A program made the position numbers and the translations under genes. Below, piece by piece: positions 37,147-46,444 of a DNA stretch of 64,000 nt. Every line of letters begins with the position of its first letter. Within the stretch, counting starts at the first letter, position 1. Where the stretch lies: the IMG/VR virus record IMGVR_UViG_3300017747_002675, positions 15 through 64,014 of that record, one strand, 5' to 3'. The notes below the pieces were generated by a model. The model did no database searches, had not been told where the DNA came from, and saw only the letters and a program-made list of their open reading frames with translations. The DNA is from a virus. Its lineage: Duplodnaviria > Caudoviricetes.

Positions 37147-38022
37147 TTATATCGACAAATCAACCCTGACAGCGAGATGAATCGACGTGTCAAAGTATAC
37201 CGCGGCCGGGCGAATTGCCTTGAGCCGCATATCGTTCTGGTTTCCGGACACGTCGTACGCCTGGGCTAGATTGTCGTTCACAACGTCAACGTTTCCAAGG
37301 AAAACTTTTACTTTTCCAGTTGCGAAGATCCACTTGTTGGTGTCTGACGCTGTCGCGCCAGTCGCGCCGTCAGGGCCTGTTCCGGAGTATCCAGATCCGA
37401 CGATGACTGGAGTTCCGCCCATCGTCTGAAGGTGCTCCTTGCCTTTGTCGTGGAAAAGCATGTTGCTGTTGCTCGAAAGTATGGCGACCATGTCTCGCGT
37501 CATGTGAATGACGCCTTGCTCGCCGCCGTCAGATGTCTGACCGATGTAGTGCTCTAGAAGTGCAAGAGCTCTTTTTGCAGAAAGCGCAGTACCGCTGCTT
37601 AGAATTGTAGCGGTGCTCGCTGTAAGTGCCTTGTTGTCGTGGCTCTCGCCTTTACGGATTGCTCCGTCCCAAAGCTCGAGCTCAAGGGCGTGTTGAGAAA
37701 CGCCTTCAAGTTGACGCTTGATACGTGCGATTCTGTCGAGACCTAGAAAGCCTAGTGTAGATTTAATCTCTTCGACTTCAATGAAAAATGGCTTGATCTC
37801 GTCGAAGTAGTTTACCGCAGCAGCGGCGACAACGTCTTCGCTGGTGTTGTCTGTGTCGTCATAATTTGAGACGTGATAGACTTCTGTCTCCCACTCTTGC
37901 GAGAAACCGCGAACCCACTTGTCTTCCTCGTTCGAGTTATTGGGCTTAGCTACAGAAAGCAGACCGAACATCGAAGGTTCTATTTTTGGTGCTTGTATTA
38001 CACCATTCTTTGGGAAAGCCAT
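37147..38022 (-). CDS. Second capsid protein (capsid-pentamer-like)
   Basis: 291 aa immediately after the major capsid gene, the arrangement annotated hexamer/pentamer in cluster-B-like actinophages. Confidence 0.6.
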   Translation of the reverse strand: MAFPKNGVIQAPKIEPSMFGLLSVAKPNNSNEEDKWVRGFSQEWETEVYHVSNYDDTDNTSEDVVAAAAVNYFDEIKPFFIEVEEIKSTLGFLGLDRIARIKRQLEGVSQHALELELWDGAIRKGESHDNKALTASTATILSSGTALSAKRALALLEHYIGQTSDGGEQGVIHMTRDMVAILSSNSNMLFHDKGKEHLQTMGGTPVIVGSGYSGTGPDGATGATASDTNKWIFATGKVKVFLGNVDVVNDNLAQAYDVSGNQNDMRLKAIRPAAVYFDTSIHLAVRVDLSI

Positions 38023-38064
38023 CTATGGTTCCTTACCTGATGAAAGTTGCTTTTTATTCGTTTT

Positions 38065-38094
38065 GGGGGAGCCCGCACGGATGCAGGCTCCCCC
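38065..38094 (-). terminator. 13-bp stem, UCCG-loop hairpin downstream of the major capsid gene
   Basis: Minus strand GGGGGAGCCTGCA-TCCG-TGCGGGCTCCCCC (one G.U), followed by an A-rich rather than U-rich tract. Confidence 0.6.
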
Positions 38095-38114
38095 TAACGA
38101 GTGTACTACTGGGA

Positions 38115-39953
38115 TCAGTATTCGATCGCAGCGGCGGTGGCAGCACCGGTCGTGTCGCGGAGGGCAGCAGCCACACCGTTCACGCTGATGGTGGATGTCA
38201 CGACGAGCGACTCGATACCAACCTTAGCGATGCCCTCGAAGGTTTCAACGAACATCTTGTAGTCGTTGGTGCCGACGAGTGTCGAGTCACGGATGATACC
38301 AAGATCCAAGGTACCGCCGTCGAGGAACAGGAACGTTCCTTCGGCGAAGATGTACCAAGTGAAGGTGTCTGTGAACTCGTTCATCGCTTCTGCGCCCTGC
38401 GCGCCGTAGACGTTCAGGTCGGGCGAGAACGTGATGCTCACTCCACGAGAAGCGAGGTAGCCCTCGATCTCGCCAGCGGCAACGTTCATTGTCCCGTCGC
38501 CAGGCATGGCCAACGTGAGGTCGGCGATCATGGCGTCACGGATCCATGTAGGAGCAATGACCTTGAGGTTCTGCGACGGGTCAAGACGGTGACGGCTACG
38601 GTACTGAGTAGCGGCGCGGCCGACCTGCACGAGGAAGTCGCGAGCAACACCGATGAGGCTGGTGGTGGTCACGGCTGTCGAGCCGGATGTCAGCTTGCTA
38701 GCCAAGTACTGCTCGGCCTCACGGGCGTGCTGGATCAGAGCAAGCTCGTTGTGACGAGCAATCAACTCTGGATACGCACGTGTCATGAGGTTACCGAACT
38801 GGAGCTGCAGGGTCACGGCGTCGGTGGCGACTGTGAGCTCTGTAGCGGCAGAAACGGTGAGGCTGGTCTTGGTGTCGGTACCGGGGCTGGTGTCGGTGAC
38901 GTTTGTCCACACTCCAACGGCGTTGGCGTAGCTGCTCAGCACCGGGGGCTGAATGTAGCGGATACCGCCACGGTCAGCCTGGAAGCGAGGCAGCGAGTCA
39001 CGGATCGGGCGAACCGTGGTGCCGAAGCCGAAGATGTCGTACTTGACCTCGAACGGTGTGCTGTGTCCACCGGACGCGACTAGCGCCTCGGGACCAGTTA
39101 CGCTCTTGATCTTGACGGTGTTGGAATCCACGTCGGACGTGAGGACTCTCTCATCGGGGTAACGGGTAGTGATCGACGCAACGATGTGCTGCTCGCCGTC
39201 TCCGCCCTTGACACGGCGAAGACCGTGCAAACGCGAAGCCATGGCCTCAGCAATTTCGGTGTAGTCGCTCATCTGAGCGCCGGCTGTGTAACCAGGGATG
39301 TCAGCACCGGCGGTGATCACCGTCGGAGCAGCTTCCTTGGCTTGAGGGCGGCGGTCAGCGGGAGCCTGGACGTTGACGTCCTGAGCTCCATCTTCTGCGG
39401 CGGCGGTCATAGGTGCCTCCTGGCCTTCCTGCTCCTGTGGAGCGGTTTCTGTGATTGTGGTTAGTTCAGCCACCTCTTCGACCGCTACTGCGGCTTCTTC
39501 GACGGCTTCTGTGATCTCGATTGTTGTGGTGTCTTCGGTTGCTGAAAGTTCTGAGCCTTCCACTGTCTCGGTCGACGCTGACGACATGGCCGGCATTTCC
39601 TTCTTCTCCTCTTCGGCTTCAGGGGCCTCGGCCGGAGCCGCTTCCTCTGTCTCTTCTGCCTCGGGAGCCATAGGCGCCTCTTCCATCTCACCCTCCTGCA
39701 TCGCTGCCTGCACGCGAGTGGCGGCCTCGGCGGCGCGGGCGGCTAGCTCTTGAGCTAGTGCCTGGCGACGCTTCGACTCACCGCGCACGGTGTCGAGCAT
39801 GTCAGCAAGAGTTGTCATTGCCTCAACCGTTTCCGGTGTCGGATCATTACCTTCAACCGCCTCAAACTCCGTAACAATGGCAGTCTGCAGCTCGACGATT
39901 TGCTCGTCGGTCAGCTCTCCCATGTTATCGAGTTGTTGCTTGATTTGGTCCAC
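38115..39953 (-). CDS. Major capsid protein (hexamer-type) with N-terminal acidic scaffold-like region
   Basis: GTG start with GGAGGAGG; ALVASGG, RDSLP.F...RGG, FLFLDGGTLDLG..RDS.L...ND...F.E.FE. Confidence 0.9.
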   Translation of the reverse strand: MDQIKQQLDNMGELTDEQIVELQTAIVTEFEAVEGNDPTPETVEAMTTLADMLDTVRGESKRRQALAQELAARAAEAATRVQAAMQEGEMEEAPMAPEAEETEEAAPAEAPEAEEEKKEMPAMSSASTETVEGSELSATEDTTTIEITEAVEEAAVAVEEVAELTTITETAPQEQEGQEAPMTAAAEDGAQDVNVQAPADRRPQAKEAAPTVITAGADIPGYTAGAQMSDYTEIAEAMASRLHGLRRVKGGDGEQHIVASITTRYPDERVLTSDVDSNTVKIKSVTGPEALVASGGHSTPFEVKYDIFGFGTTVRPIRDSLPRFQADRGGIRYIQPPVLSSYANAVGVWTNVTDTSPGTDTKTSLTVSAATELTVATDAVTLQLQFGNLMTRAYPELIARHNELALIQHAREAEQYLASKLTSGSTAVTTTSLIGVARDFLVQVGRAATQYRSRHRLDPSQNLKVIAPTWIRDAMIADLTLAMPGDGTMNVAAGEIEGYLASRGVSITFSPDLNVYGAQGAEAMNEFTDTFTWYIFAEGTFLFLDGGTLDLGIIRDSTLVGTNDYKMFVETFEGIAKVGIESLVVTSTISVNGVAAALRDTTGAATAAAIEY

Positions 39954-40061
39954 TGTCCCTCCTCCGGGCCAGTCACGGTAAACAACTGTAGTTTACCTAG
40001 GGTTTCTGTCCAAGGGAGGGACTCACAAGCACGAACGCTCGGAGGCACTCACCTAGGTTTT

Positions 40062-40070
40062 ATATTAACA
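40062..40070 (-). promoter_or_regulatory. Candidate extended -10 promoter TGTTAATAT for the capsid operon
   Basis: TGn-TAATAT about 110 nt upstream of the capsid start. Confidence 0.35.
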
Positions 40071-40075
40071 TACAA

Positions 40076-40657
40076 TTATGTCAACAATCGAAGAAGCGTG
40101 CTCATTTCAGAGGACACCTCTCCTTGAGAAAAGTAGTCTCCACCGGCCTTGTATGTCCGGAGTTTCTGGGTAACCTCGTCGGCATCTTTCTTGCCGATCT
40201 TCTTTTCTACTCGAGAAATCATCTCGTCCATTAGATTTTTAAGTGGCTCCGGCAGGTCACTGAAGCGCATCTTCTTAGTGTCAGAACCAAACGTGTCAGA
40301 TCCTGCCAAAGAATTAGCGATGGCGACACCAAGCAAACGTGCGGTTTCTCGTACGTTTTCTAAAGAATCAGCGTTCAAAGCCCCTGTGTCTAGCCGTGTA
40401 AGAACGGACCTCAACTGGTCGGCGGCCTTAGCGGCTGCCTTTAGACTTCCAGCCTCGTTTAGCTTTTCTATTTCTTCGGCTCTCGCTAGCGAGGCCTCTA
40501 GACCAGCTACCTGTAGGTTTTCCTTGATACGCGCGAGGACAGCCCTAAACTTTCCCTTAGCGTCTCGAGGCTGTGTCTTGCCAGACTCGTAGATCGTGTT
40601 CTCGCGGTCATATTCCTTAGAATACGAAACTGCTTTTGACTTTGGTTCTTCAGCCAT
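40076..40657 (-). CDS. Head-associated helical protein with RDAKGKF motif
   Basis: Overlaps the protease stop; lies between protease and capsid genes. Confidence 0.7.
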   Translation of the reverse strand: MAEEPKSKAVSYSKEYDRENTIYESGKTQPRDAKGKFRAVLARIKENLQVAGLEASLARAEEIEKLNEAGSLKAAAKAADQLRSVLTRLDTGALNADSLENVRETARLLGVAIANSLAGSDTFGSDTKKMRFSDLPEPLKNLMDEMISRVEKKIGKKDADEVTQKLRTYKAGGDYFSQGEVSSEMSTLLRLLT

Positions 40658-43600
40658 TCTTCTTCACAACTCCGTCGGGGATCAGTGCGAATCGGCACAC
40701 GCCCATTGGCTCGACTGGCATTGCGAGAATCTTGCATGACGTGCCGCCTTCATACAGAATGCAGTACTCGCAGCTTATGTTCTTTTCAGCCTTGTCGTTC
40801 TCCGATGCTGGAGTGTAGCCAGCCCAGACGCCTGTGTCGTCCTGATTGAACTTACCGTACTTTTCGGTGATCTCGATTAGAGCCTCGGCGAGTTCTTTCT
40901 CTTCTGCAACGACGACTCCACCCATGGCGTCTGCGGTGATAACGCGATCAGCTTGAGCTTTTGGGCTATCAGTCTCAGAAACTTTCGCCTTGAGCGAGGC
41001 GACTCGAGCCTGAATGTTGTCGACCACGTCGTCGTCGATCAGGCCCGCTGTCTTCCACTGATCAGGGATGAGGTCTGCCTTGCCGAGACCACGCGCGCGC
41101 TTCATGATGTGACGACGCACGAGTGCTCGCTTCGACGGCTTTGATCTGCCGTACGCTTGGATAGCGTTACGAAGATCCGACTCGTTGCTGATCGGATACG
41201 ATCCGTCGGGAAGAGCCTTACCCTCTTCGGCAAGCTTCTTGCGCTTCTTCATCGAGATATATCCGAGCGACTCGTAGTCTTCGCCGTCACGCACACGAGC
41301 GGCAAGCTCCTCGGCCTTCGCGGCGAGCTGCGCTTGACGCTCTTGCTTAACGGCTTCAATCTTTGCACGAGCCTCGTCAGCCTTGGCCGCAAGCACCGTC
41401 GGGTCTGGGCGAACACCTGTCTGAATCTCGAGCTGAGCGATTCTGTTGTTGAGTTCGTTCAGCGGGTCGTTCTTCAGCTTAGCGAGTGTCATCGCACCGG
41501 CCGCGACGAGCGCGTAGACCTGGCCGCTTGCGACTCTTGCGCGAGCGATCGGAAATCCGGGGACGTTTACCTGACAGACAGCAACGAGCTCGAGGCTGCC
41601 CTTGATTGGGCGCCAGTCGCCTGAAGGTGCCGAGGCACGCAGCGCGCGAATCTGCTCAGGGGCCGCGTTGGGGCGCAGCGCTCCAGCAACCCAGATACCA
41701 TGAGCGTCTTCGCCGGCATGAACGTCGGCGATCGCTGAACCGGTGTCGTCGTAGTGACGGGCGGCCTCAACAGCACTTGCCTCGAGCGAGGCATGACCAC
41801 CGGCAAGAGTCAACTGACCGACGGGGTAATCGTTTCCGTCGTCTGCACGCAGAACTCCGGTGTGGAAGTACGCGTACTTGCTGCGGCTGCGCGGTGGCTT
41901 TGTCCCGTACGACATTCCGATGTGATCGACGTGCCATGCAGCGATGTGACCAAAGACTCTACCGTTATCATCGACTGTGAGCGGTGTCGGCTTTGACAGC
42001 TTGGGATCGGCAAACCAAGTTGCCGGCGGAACCACTGGAATTGAACTTGCGACCATTCCGCACGCAACGAGCGCCGCGGCTTCAAGATCGTCAACCTGAT
42101 CGACGTATATACCGTCTGCCATCGGCTTCATTTCTTCCTCCTGCTGTTGAGAAGAGTTTGCATCTTCTTCAATGTAGATCTTGCATTCCTCAAAGGCTGG
42201 CTTAGGGACAATCGTCACGGCCATGACTCTGGCCTTGTCAACCTTGATCTTAGTACCGCCAATTTTTTCTGACTTTTTGATTTCTTCCTTCAGATCTTCC
42301 TTGAGATCTTCGATGTCTGTCTTCGCATCGGCGGTTTCGTTCGGGTCCTCTTCGCTTGCCTCGAATCTGTCGAGGTCAGCGGACACGCCTCTGATAAAGC
42401 CGTTACGAACCATTCTTTCGACTTCGCGGCCGTACGGGCCGGTGTCGAATACGCCACGAGCGTTACCAATGCCGTCATCGGTGCGTTCCATGCTGTCGAT
42501 TCTTCCAACAACAACCGAACCGTCGTGGCCATCGGATGTTTTGATCTGCCACAGCAACGGCAGCGGCAACTCACGAACCGTGATGGCGCCACGCTTGAAG
42601 ATTCTACCGTCACCTGTCTCGACGCCTTCTGGGATGACGAGAGGGATCGAGAACGGTGACCCACAGTGTTCCGATGAAGCTGACGCAAGTGTCACACGAG
42701 CCTTAGCGTCGGCGATCTTTGCGCGGCTAATCAGCGCCGCAACGACCGCTTCGTATTCCGCTATTTCGTAGTCGTTCAATCCGCTGCCGCGGACGTTTCT
42801 CTTGCCGACGTTAAACTTGCTGCCAGGCCATACTCCGGTAGCTTCCTTGTGGCGAAGAGAGCAGTATCCCTTAGCGCGTGGGCCCATGTACTTAGATAGT
42901 TGACGGTAGCAACGTGTCCAGTCGCCAGGCGTGTTCCAACGAATCTTCGCTGCACCGCGTCCGTACAGCCAGTAGCGACGAAGCTTTTCTGCCTTGCCGC
43001 GATTTCGGTCTAGCCCGCCTTCTCCAACGGCGACAAGCGGGTCGATCTTTGCAGAATGAAGATCTGCGATGATCTTTGCGTTGCGACCGTAGATACCGGA
43101 TGCGACGAGACCGTCTACCTGAGCGAGAGTGTCCTTGTATACTTCACCTGTAAGTGCCACGACAGGCGGTGGAGTAGCAGACGTTAGATCGGCAAGAATC
43201 TGCGGATCCTTCTCCCACTTCTTGTCGACGCGCTTGAACGTCATCGGCGAAGTGGAGTTGCTTGCGGCGGGAACGATGCACACGAGATCCATGACCGCTC
43301 GAGGATCGTCGGGCGACACGAGAGCGAAATACATGGGCTCAACGTCACTCGTCTCCGGAGTGATCTCTTCGCCTATGCCTTCGGACTTCGGCTTTTCTTC
43401 TTTTTCGTTCGCCTCTGCGGCTGAAGTGATCGGCTGATAGTAGAGGTTGTTCTTCTTCTTTTTAAAGAACTCCTGAAGAAGAGGGTGATCCTTCGCACTG
43501 TCTGTGTACAGCTCGGTGCCGGTGTCCTTCTCGAGCTTCTTAAGGTAGTCCGACTTCTTATGTTTTGCAGCTCGGTCACCGGGTTCGCTCGACTTCCACG

Positions 43601-45101
43601 GAGTCTGCGAAGACCCGGGCTGTTGCCTACCGCGCTGTGACATTACCCAGGCCGGATAGTCGGCGACGATCTGTGTAAGATCTGCCGCTCCAAGCGCGGG
43701 AAGTCCGCCGGGGATAGAAGCGTTAGGTCTGTCGATCGGAGCTCGCGGCTGAGCAAGAATGCCTGAAGTGTCGAGAGGCTGCTGATCGCTCTCCCGCTGC
43801 GGACGAATCGGAGTCGGTGCAAACGTGTCTTCGCCTTCAGTCTGGTTTGCAGGCACATCGACTGTTGAGCCGTCGTCCATTTTTACGGTCACGCTCTGCG
43901 TCTCCGGGTTGATTCTGGTGATGCTGCCACGCTTGTTCGTGTCGCCACCGACCACAACTCGTGATCCCGCCTTTGAGAACTTGCCTTTCTTATCACGAAC
44001 CTGGCGTCTAGCGTTCTGCGCGCGCTCCTCCGGAGTGTACTCGGCTTCATCGCCGCCAGGGCCGCTCAACGGCTCCTCACCTGCGGCGACCATCGCGGCA
44101 TCAACCATCACCCAGTCGATGCCGTCAGCGGCCTCAGCCACAAGCGTTGCCTCGTACTCGTCAAGGTCGTCGATGGCGACTGCGCTGAAAGGCGACTCCT
44201 GCATGTGAGCCGATATGATCATTGCAGACTGCGGATCGATGAAGATATGGTGCTTTTCTACCGTGTCGTACGGGTCATCAAGCGACCTATCGTAGGTCAT
44301 GATATCGCTGTCGATGTGACCGAGGTCGTCCCAGCCTCTGCCGTCCCACACGCTGACCTTGCCAAAGGCGTCGATCATGTACAGCCTGTCGATCCCAGAA
44401 CCGTCGAGTCTCACTCTTGCAGCGAACTCGGGGGCTCTGTTGTCTTCTCCATCGTACGCCTCTGCCATGTTAAATGCGCTGGTGTCGGAGTCGTAGTCAG
44501 AGCCGTAGACGTCGTACTTTGTCTCGTACATTCCTTCGCCAGAAGCGTCTGCCTTTAGCGCCTTGTTCTCGCGCTCGACGATCTGACGAGCCCATCTCCA
44601 CGCGGTGTCTCCACCCCAAAGAGCCCACGCGATTCGCCCACGCGACGGGAATCCGTCTTCGCCAGGCTTGTATCCTTCAGCCTTCTTGTCGATCTCGTGG
44701 CGAGGAAAATACTTGGCGATGTGACGAACCTTATTGATTCCGATCTGCCCGCCTTTAGCGAGAATGCGAGCGGTGTTCACACCGACCGGGGTGCCGCCAC
44801 GCTTATGCTCCTTGCGCCATTCAAGAGCTCGCTTCGCCTCTTCCTGCGCGCCCTTTGGAATGGTGTACAGGCGAGCAGCCGCGGTGATTGTCGTGATACT
44901 GATGTCGGAGAGAGCGCCGGTCGCTAGTTCGAGATGAACCTCAGAAGGTTGTACTTCTGTTCTGTCCCACGCATAGATGTATGACAGGTCCTCAAGAGGG
45001 CCTGTCTCCTCGACCATGTTTGTTAACTTGTCAATGACGACAGCATTTCTGCCGTCAGTGAACAGCATCGAGTTTCTTGATTCACCGTGAAGAGTTATCA
45101 T
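40650..45101 (-). CDS. Prohead (capsid maturation) protease, 1,483-aa multidomain fusion
   Basis: Protease-like core PLVIPEGVETGDGR..LPLPL..HDG..VVG.ID..GVSADLD; HFHTG / GIWVAG region; extra N- and C-terminal modules. Confidence 0.75.
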   Translation of the reverse strand: MITLHGESRNSMLFTDGRNAVVIDKLTNMVEETGPLEDLSYIYAWDRTEVQPSEVHLELATGALSDISITTITAAARLYTIPKGAQEEAKRALEWRKEHKRGGTPVGVNTARILAKGGQIGINKVRHIAKYFPRHEIDKKAEGYKPGEDGFPSRGRIAWALWGGDTAWRWARQIVERENKALKADASGEGMYETKYDVYGSDYDSDTSAFNMAEAYDGEDNRAPEFAARVRLDGSGIDRLYMIDAFGKVSVWDGRGWDDLGHIDSDIMTYDRSLDDPYDTVEKHHIFIDPQSAMIISAHMQESPFSAVAIDDLDEYEATLVAEAADGIDWVMVDAAMVAAGEEPLSGPGGDEAEYTPEERAQNARRQVRDKKGKFSKAGSRVVVGGDTNKRGSITRINPETQSVTVKMDDGSTVDVPANQTEGEDTFAPTPIRPQRESDQQPLDTSGILAQPRAPIDRPNASIPGGLPALGAADLTQIVADYPAWVMSQRGRQQPGSSQTPWKSSEPGDRAAKHKKSDYLKKLEKDTGTELYTDSAKDHPLLQEFFKKKKNNLYYQPITSAAEANEKEEKPKSEGIGEEITPETSDVEPMYFALVSPDDPRAVMDLVCIVPAASNSTSPMTFKRVDKKWEKDPQILADLTSATPPPVVALTGEVYKDTLAQVDGLVASGIYGRNAKIIADLHSAKIDPLVAVGEGGLDRNRGKAEKLRRYWLYGRGAAKIRWNTPGDWTRCYRQLSKYMGPRAKGYCSLRHKEATGVWPGSKFNVGKRNVRGSGLNDYEIAEYEAVVAALISRAKIADAKARVTLASASSEHCGSPFSIPLVIPEGVETGDGRIFKRGAITVRELPLPLLWQIKTSDGHDGSVVVGRIDSMERTDDGIGNARGVFDTGPYGREVERMVRNGFIRGVSADLDRFEASEEDPNETADAKTDIEDLKEDLKEEIKKSEKIGGTKIKVDKARVMAVTIVPKPAFEECKIYIEEDANSSQQQEEEMKPMADGIYVDQVDDLEAAALVACGMVASSIPVVPPATWFADPKLSKPTPLTVDDNGRVFGHIAAWHVDHIGMSYGTKPPRSRSKYAYFHTGVLRADDGNDYPVGQLTLAGGHASLEASAVEAARHYDDTGSAIADVHAGEDAHGIWVAGALRPNAAPEQIRALRASAPSGDWRPIKGSLELVAVCQVNVPGFPIARARVASGQVYALVAAGAMTLAKLKNDPLNELNNRIAQLEIQTGVRPDPTVLAAKADEARAKIEAVKQERQAQLAAKAEELAARVRDGEDYESLGYISMKKRKKLAEEGKALPDGSYPISNESDLRNAIQAYGRSKPSKRALVRRHIMKRARGLGKADLIPDQWKTAGLIDDDVVDNIQARVASLKAKVSETDSPKAQADRVITADAMGGVVVAEEKELAEALIEITEKYGKFNQDDTGVWAGYTPASENDKAEKNISCEYCILYEGGTSCKILAMPVEPMGVCRFALIPDGVVKKNG

Positions 45102-45865
45102 TATTTAGCACCTTCACTTGATTTTACACCATCTTTAATTGGCCCACCAGTGACCCAGGCGTCACAGGTGCGGCTTGCAGCGCACTTGAAGTCGAAGGCC
45201 TCGCAGAACCCAAGCTCGGCTGCATCGATCGCGTCCCACGCGTCCTGTTCGCCAGATCCGCCACTTTCGATTCCGGTAGCGATGCAGTTCTTCATCTTCG
45301 ACGTGATGACGAAGAACACGCAGTTAGCGCAAAGGCTCTTCTTGGCGTCCTCTGGCTTAATATTCCACGACTTTGCCTTGTCTGCCCAGAAGTCCTCGTT
45401 TGGTTCCTTCGGGTTGAGCGGGCCGTATCCGGCAACGGTAATCGCTCTCTTGCGGTTCTTAAGGTTGATCGCGATGTCCAGCGTAGCCGGTGGGCAGCCG
45501 GTAGTGTCGTTTGCCGCGGGGGCGGCTGCACCACCGTCTTCAGCGGCTGCAGTAAGTGACGGCTTAAAGTTTCCGCTGTACATGACTGAGCGGTTCTTTG
45601 CCTGAAACTTGTCAAACCTTTCGATGACAGAAACGTCACCGTAGAACTCTGTAGAGTATCTTAGATCGTCCGTTTCTTCCTCGAAGAACTTGTTGCTTAC
45701 CTTGATCCAAGACCCGTTGTCACGAACAAACGTAGCCTTCTTTTCGGAGCTCGAGTAGACTAGGTACTCAGGCTCGCCTGAGTCAAGATCGGTAATGAGG
45801 TACAGATCGTCACCGGTCTTAAGAGCCGTTGGCCACTTTTTGATGTCTGCAATTCCCATGTTCAC
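45101..45865 (-). CDS. Head-locus protein with C-terminal Cys cluster (CANC..C..C..C..CDAW)
   Basis: YGPLNP..FW..LCANCVFF..GFCEAFDFKCAASRTCDAW. Confidence 0.7.
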   Translation of the reverse strand: MNMGIADIKKWPTALKTGDDLYLITDLDSGEPEYLVYSSSEKKATFVRDNGSWIKVSNKFFEEETDDLRYSTEFYGDVSVIERFDKFQAKNRSVMYSGNFKPSLTAAAEDGGAAAPAANDTTGCPPATLDIAINLKNRKRAITVAGYGPLNPKEPNEDFWADKAKSWNIKPEDAKKSLCANCVFFVITSKMKNCIATGIESGGSGEQDAWDAIDAAELGFCEAFDFKCAASRTCDAWVTGGPIKDGVKSSEGAK

Positions 45866-46116
45866 TCGGCCTTCTTGTCCGCGCTGGGCGCCGTGCTGTA
45901 GACACTGGCGTAATCAACTTTCCAGTCTCTTTTACCTGTAAGATACATAATTATATAATCATCTTGCGACATGTTAGAGTCAAGTTCAGCAAGTAATCCG
46001 GTAAGAGCGTAAAGATTGTTCTTGTCGAACGAAGACAGTTTCGCTCTTTCTAGAAGAACTGTAATCTGCTTGTGTGTGCCTGGTGTGTTCATTGTATCAT
46101 CTTCTTTATCGGTCAA
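45862..46116 (-). CDS. Hypothetical protein
   Basis: Overlap-coupled ORF. Confidence 0.6.
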   Translation of the reverse strand: MTDKEDDTMNTPGTHKQITVLLERAKLSSFDKNNLYALTGLLAELDSNMSQDDYIIMYLTGKRDWKVDYASVYSTAPSADKKAE

Positions 46117-46442
46117 AAGCCGTCATAGCTCTTAAACATTCTGTTCTCTTCTTCGGACATTTCTCGTATGACGTAGAGAACGCCTCTGCTCATGAAAAAC
46201 GCCTTTTGGTCAATTTCATCGACGTACAGAGGCGTTTTCTTGTCGAGATCAAAAAACGTCGCCCCTCTCTCGTGGTTAATGAATAACTGATCGTCCGGTG
46301 CCTCGACGACCGCGAAAGCAAAACGTCTAGTACCTTTCATTTCTCCTGAGACGTTCTCCAAAATTGCTGGTCTGGCGATCAATGAACTGCGGTCTTTAGA
46401 GCCTTCTGCTTTACTGAAGACAAATAGAGGTTCTTTGCTCAT
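46113..46442 (-). CDS. Hypothetical protein
   Basis: Overlap-coupled ORF. Confidence 0.6.
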   Translation of the reverse strand: MSKEPLFVFSKAEGSKDRSSLIARPAILENVSGEMKGTRRFAFAVVEAPDDQLFINHERGATFFDLDKKTPLYVDEIDQKAFFMSRGVLYVIREMSEEENRMFKSYDGF

Positions 46443-46444
46443 TT

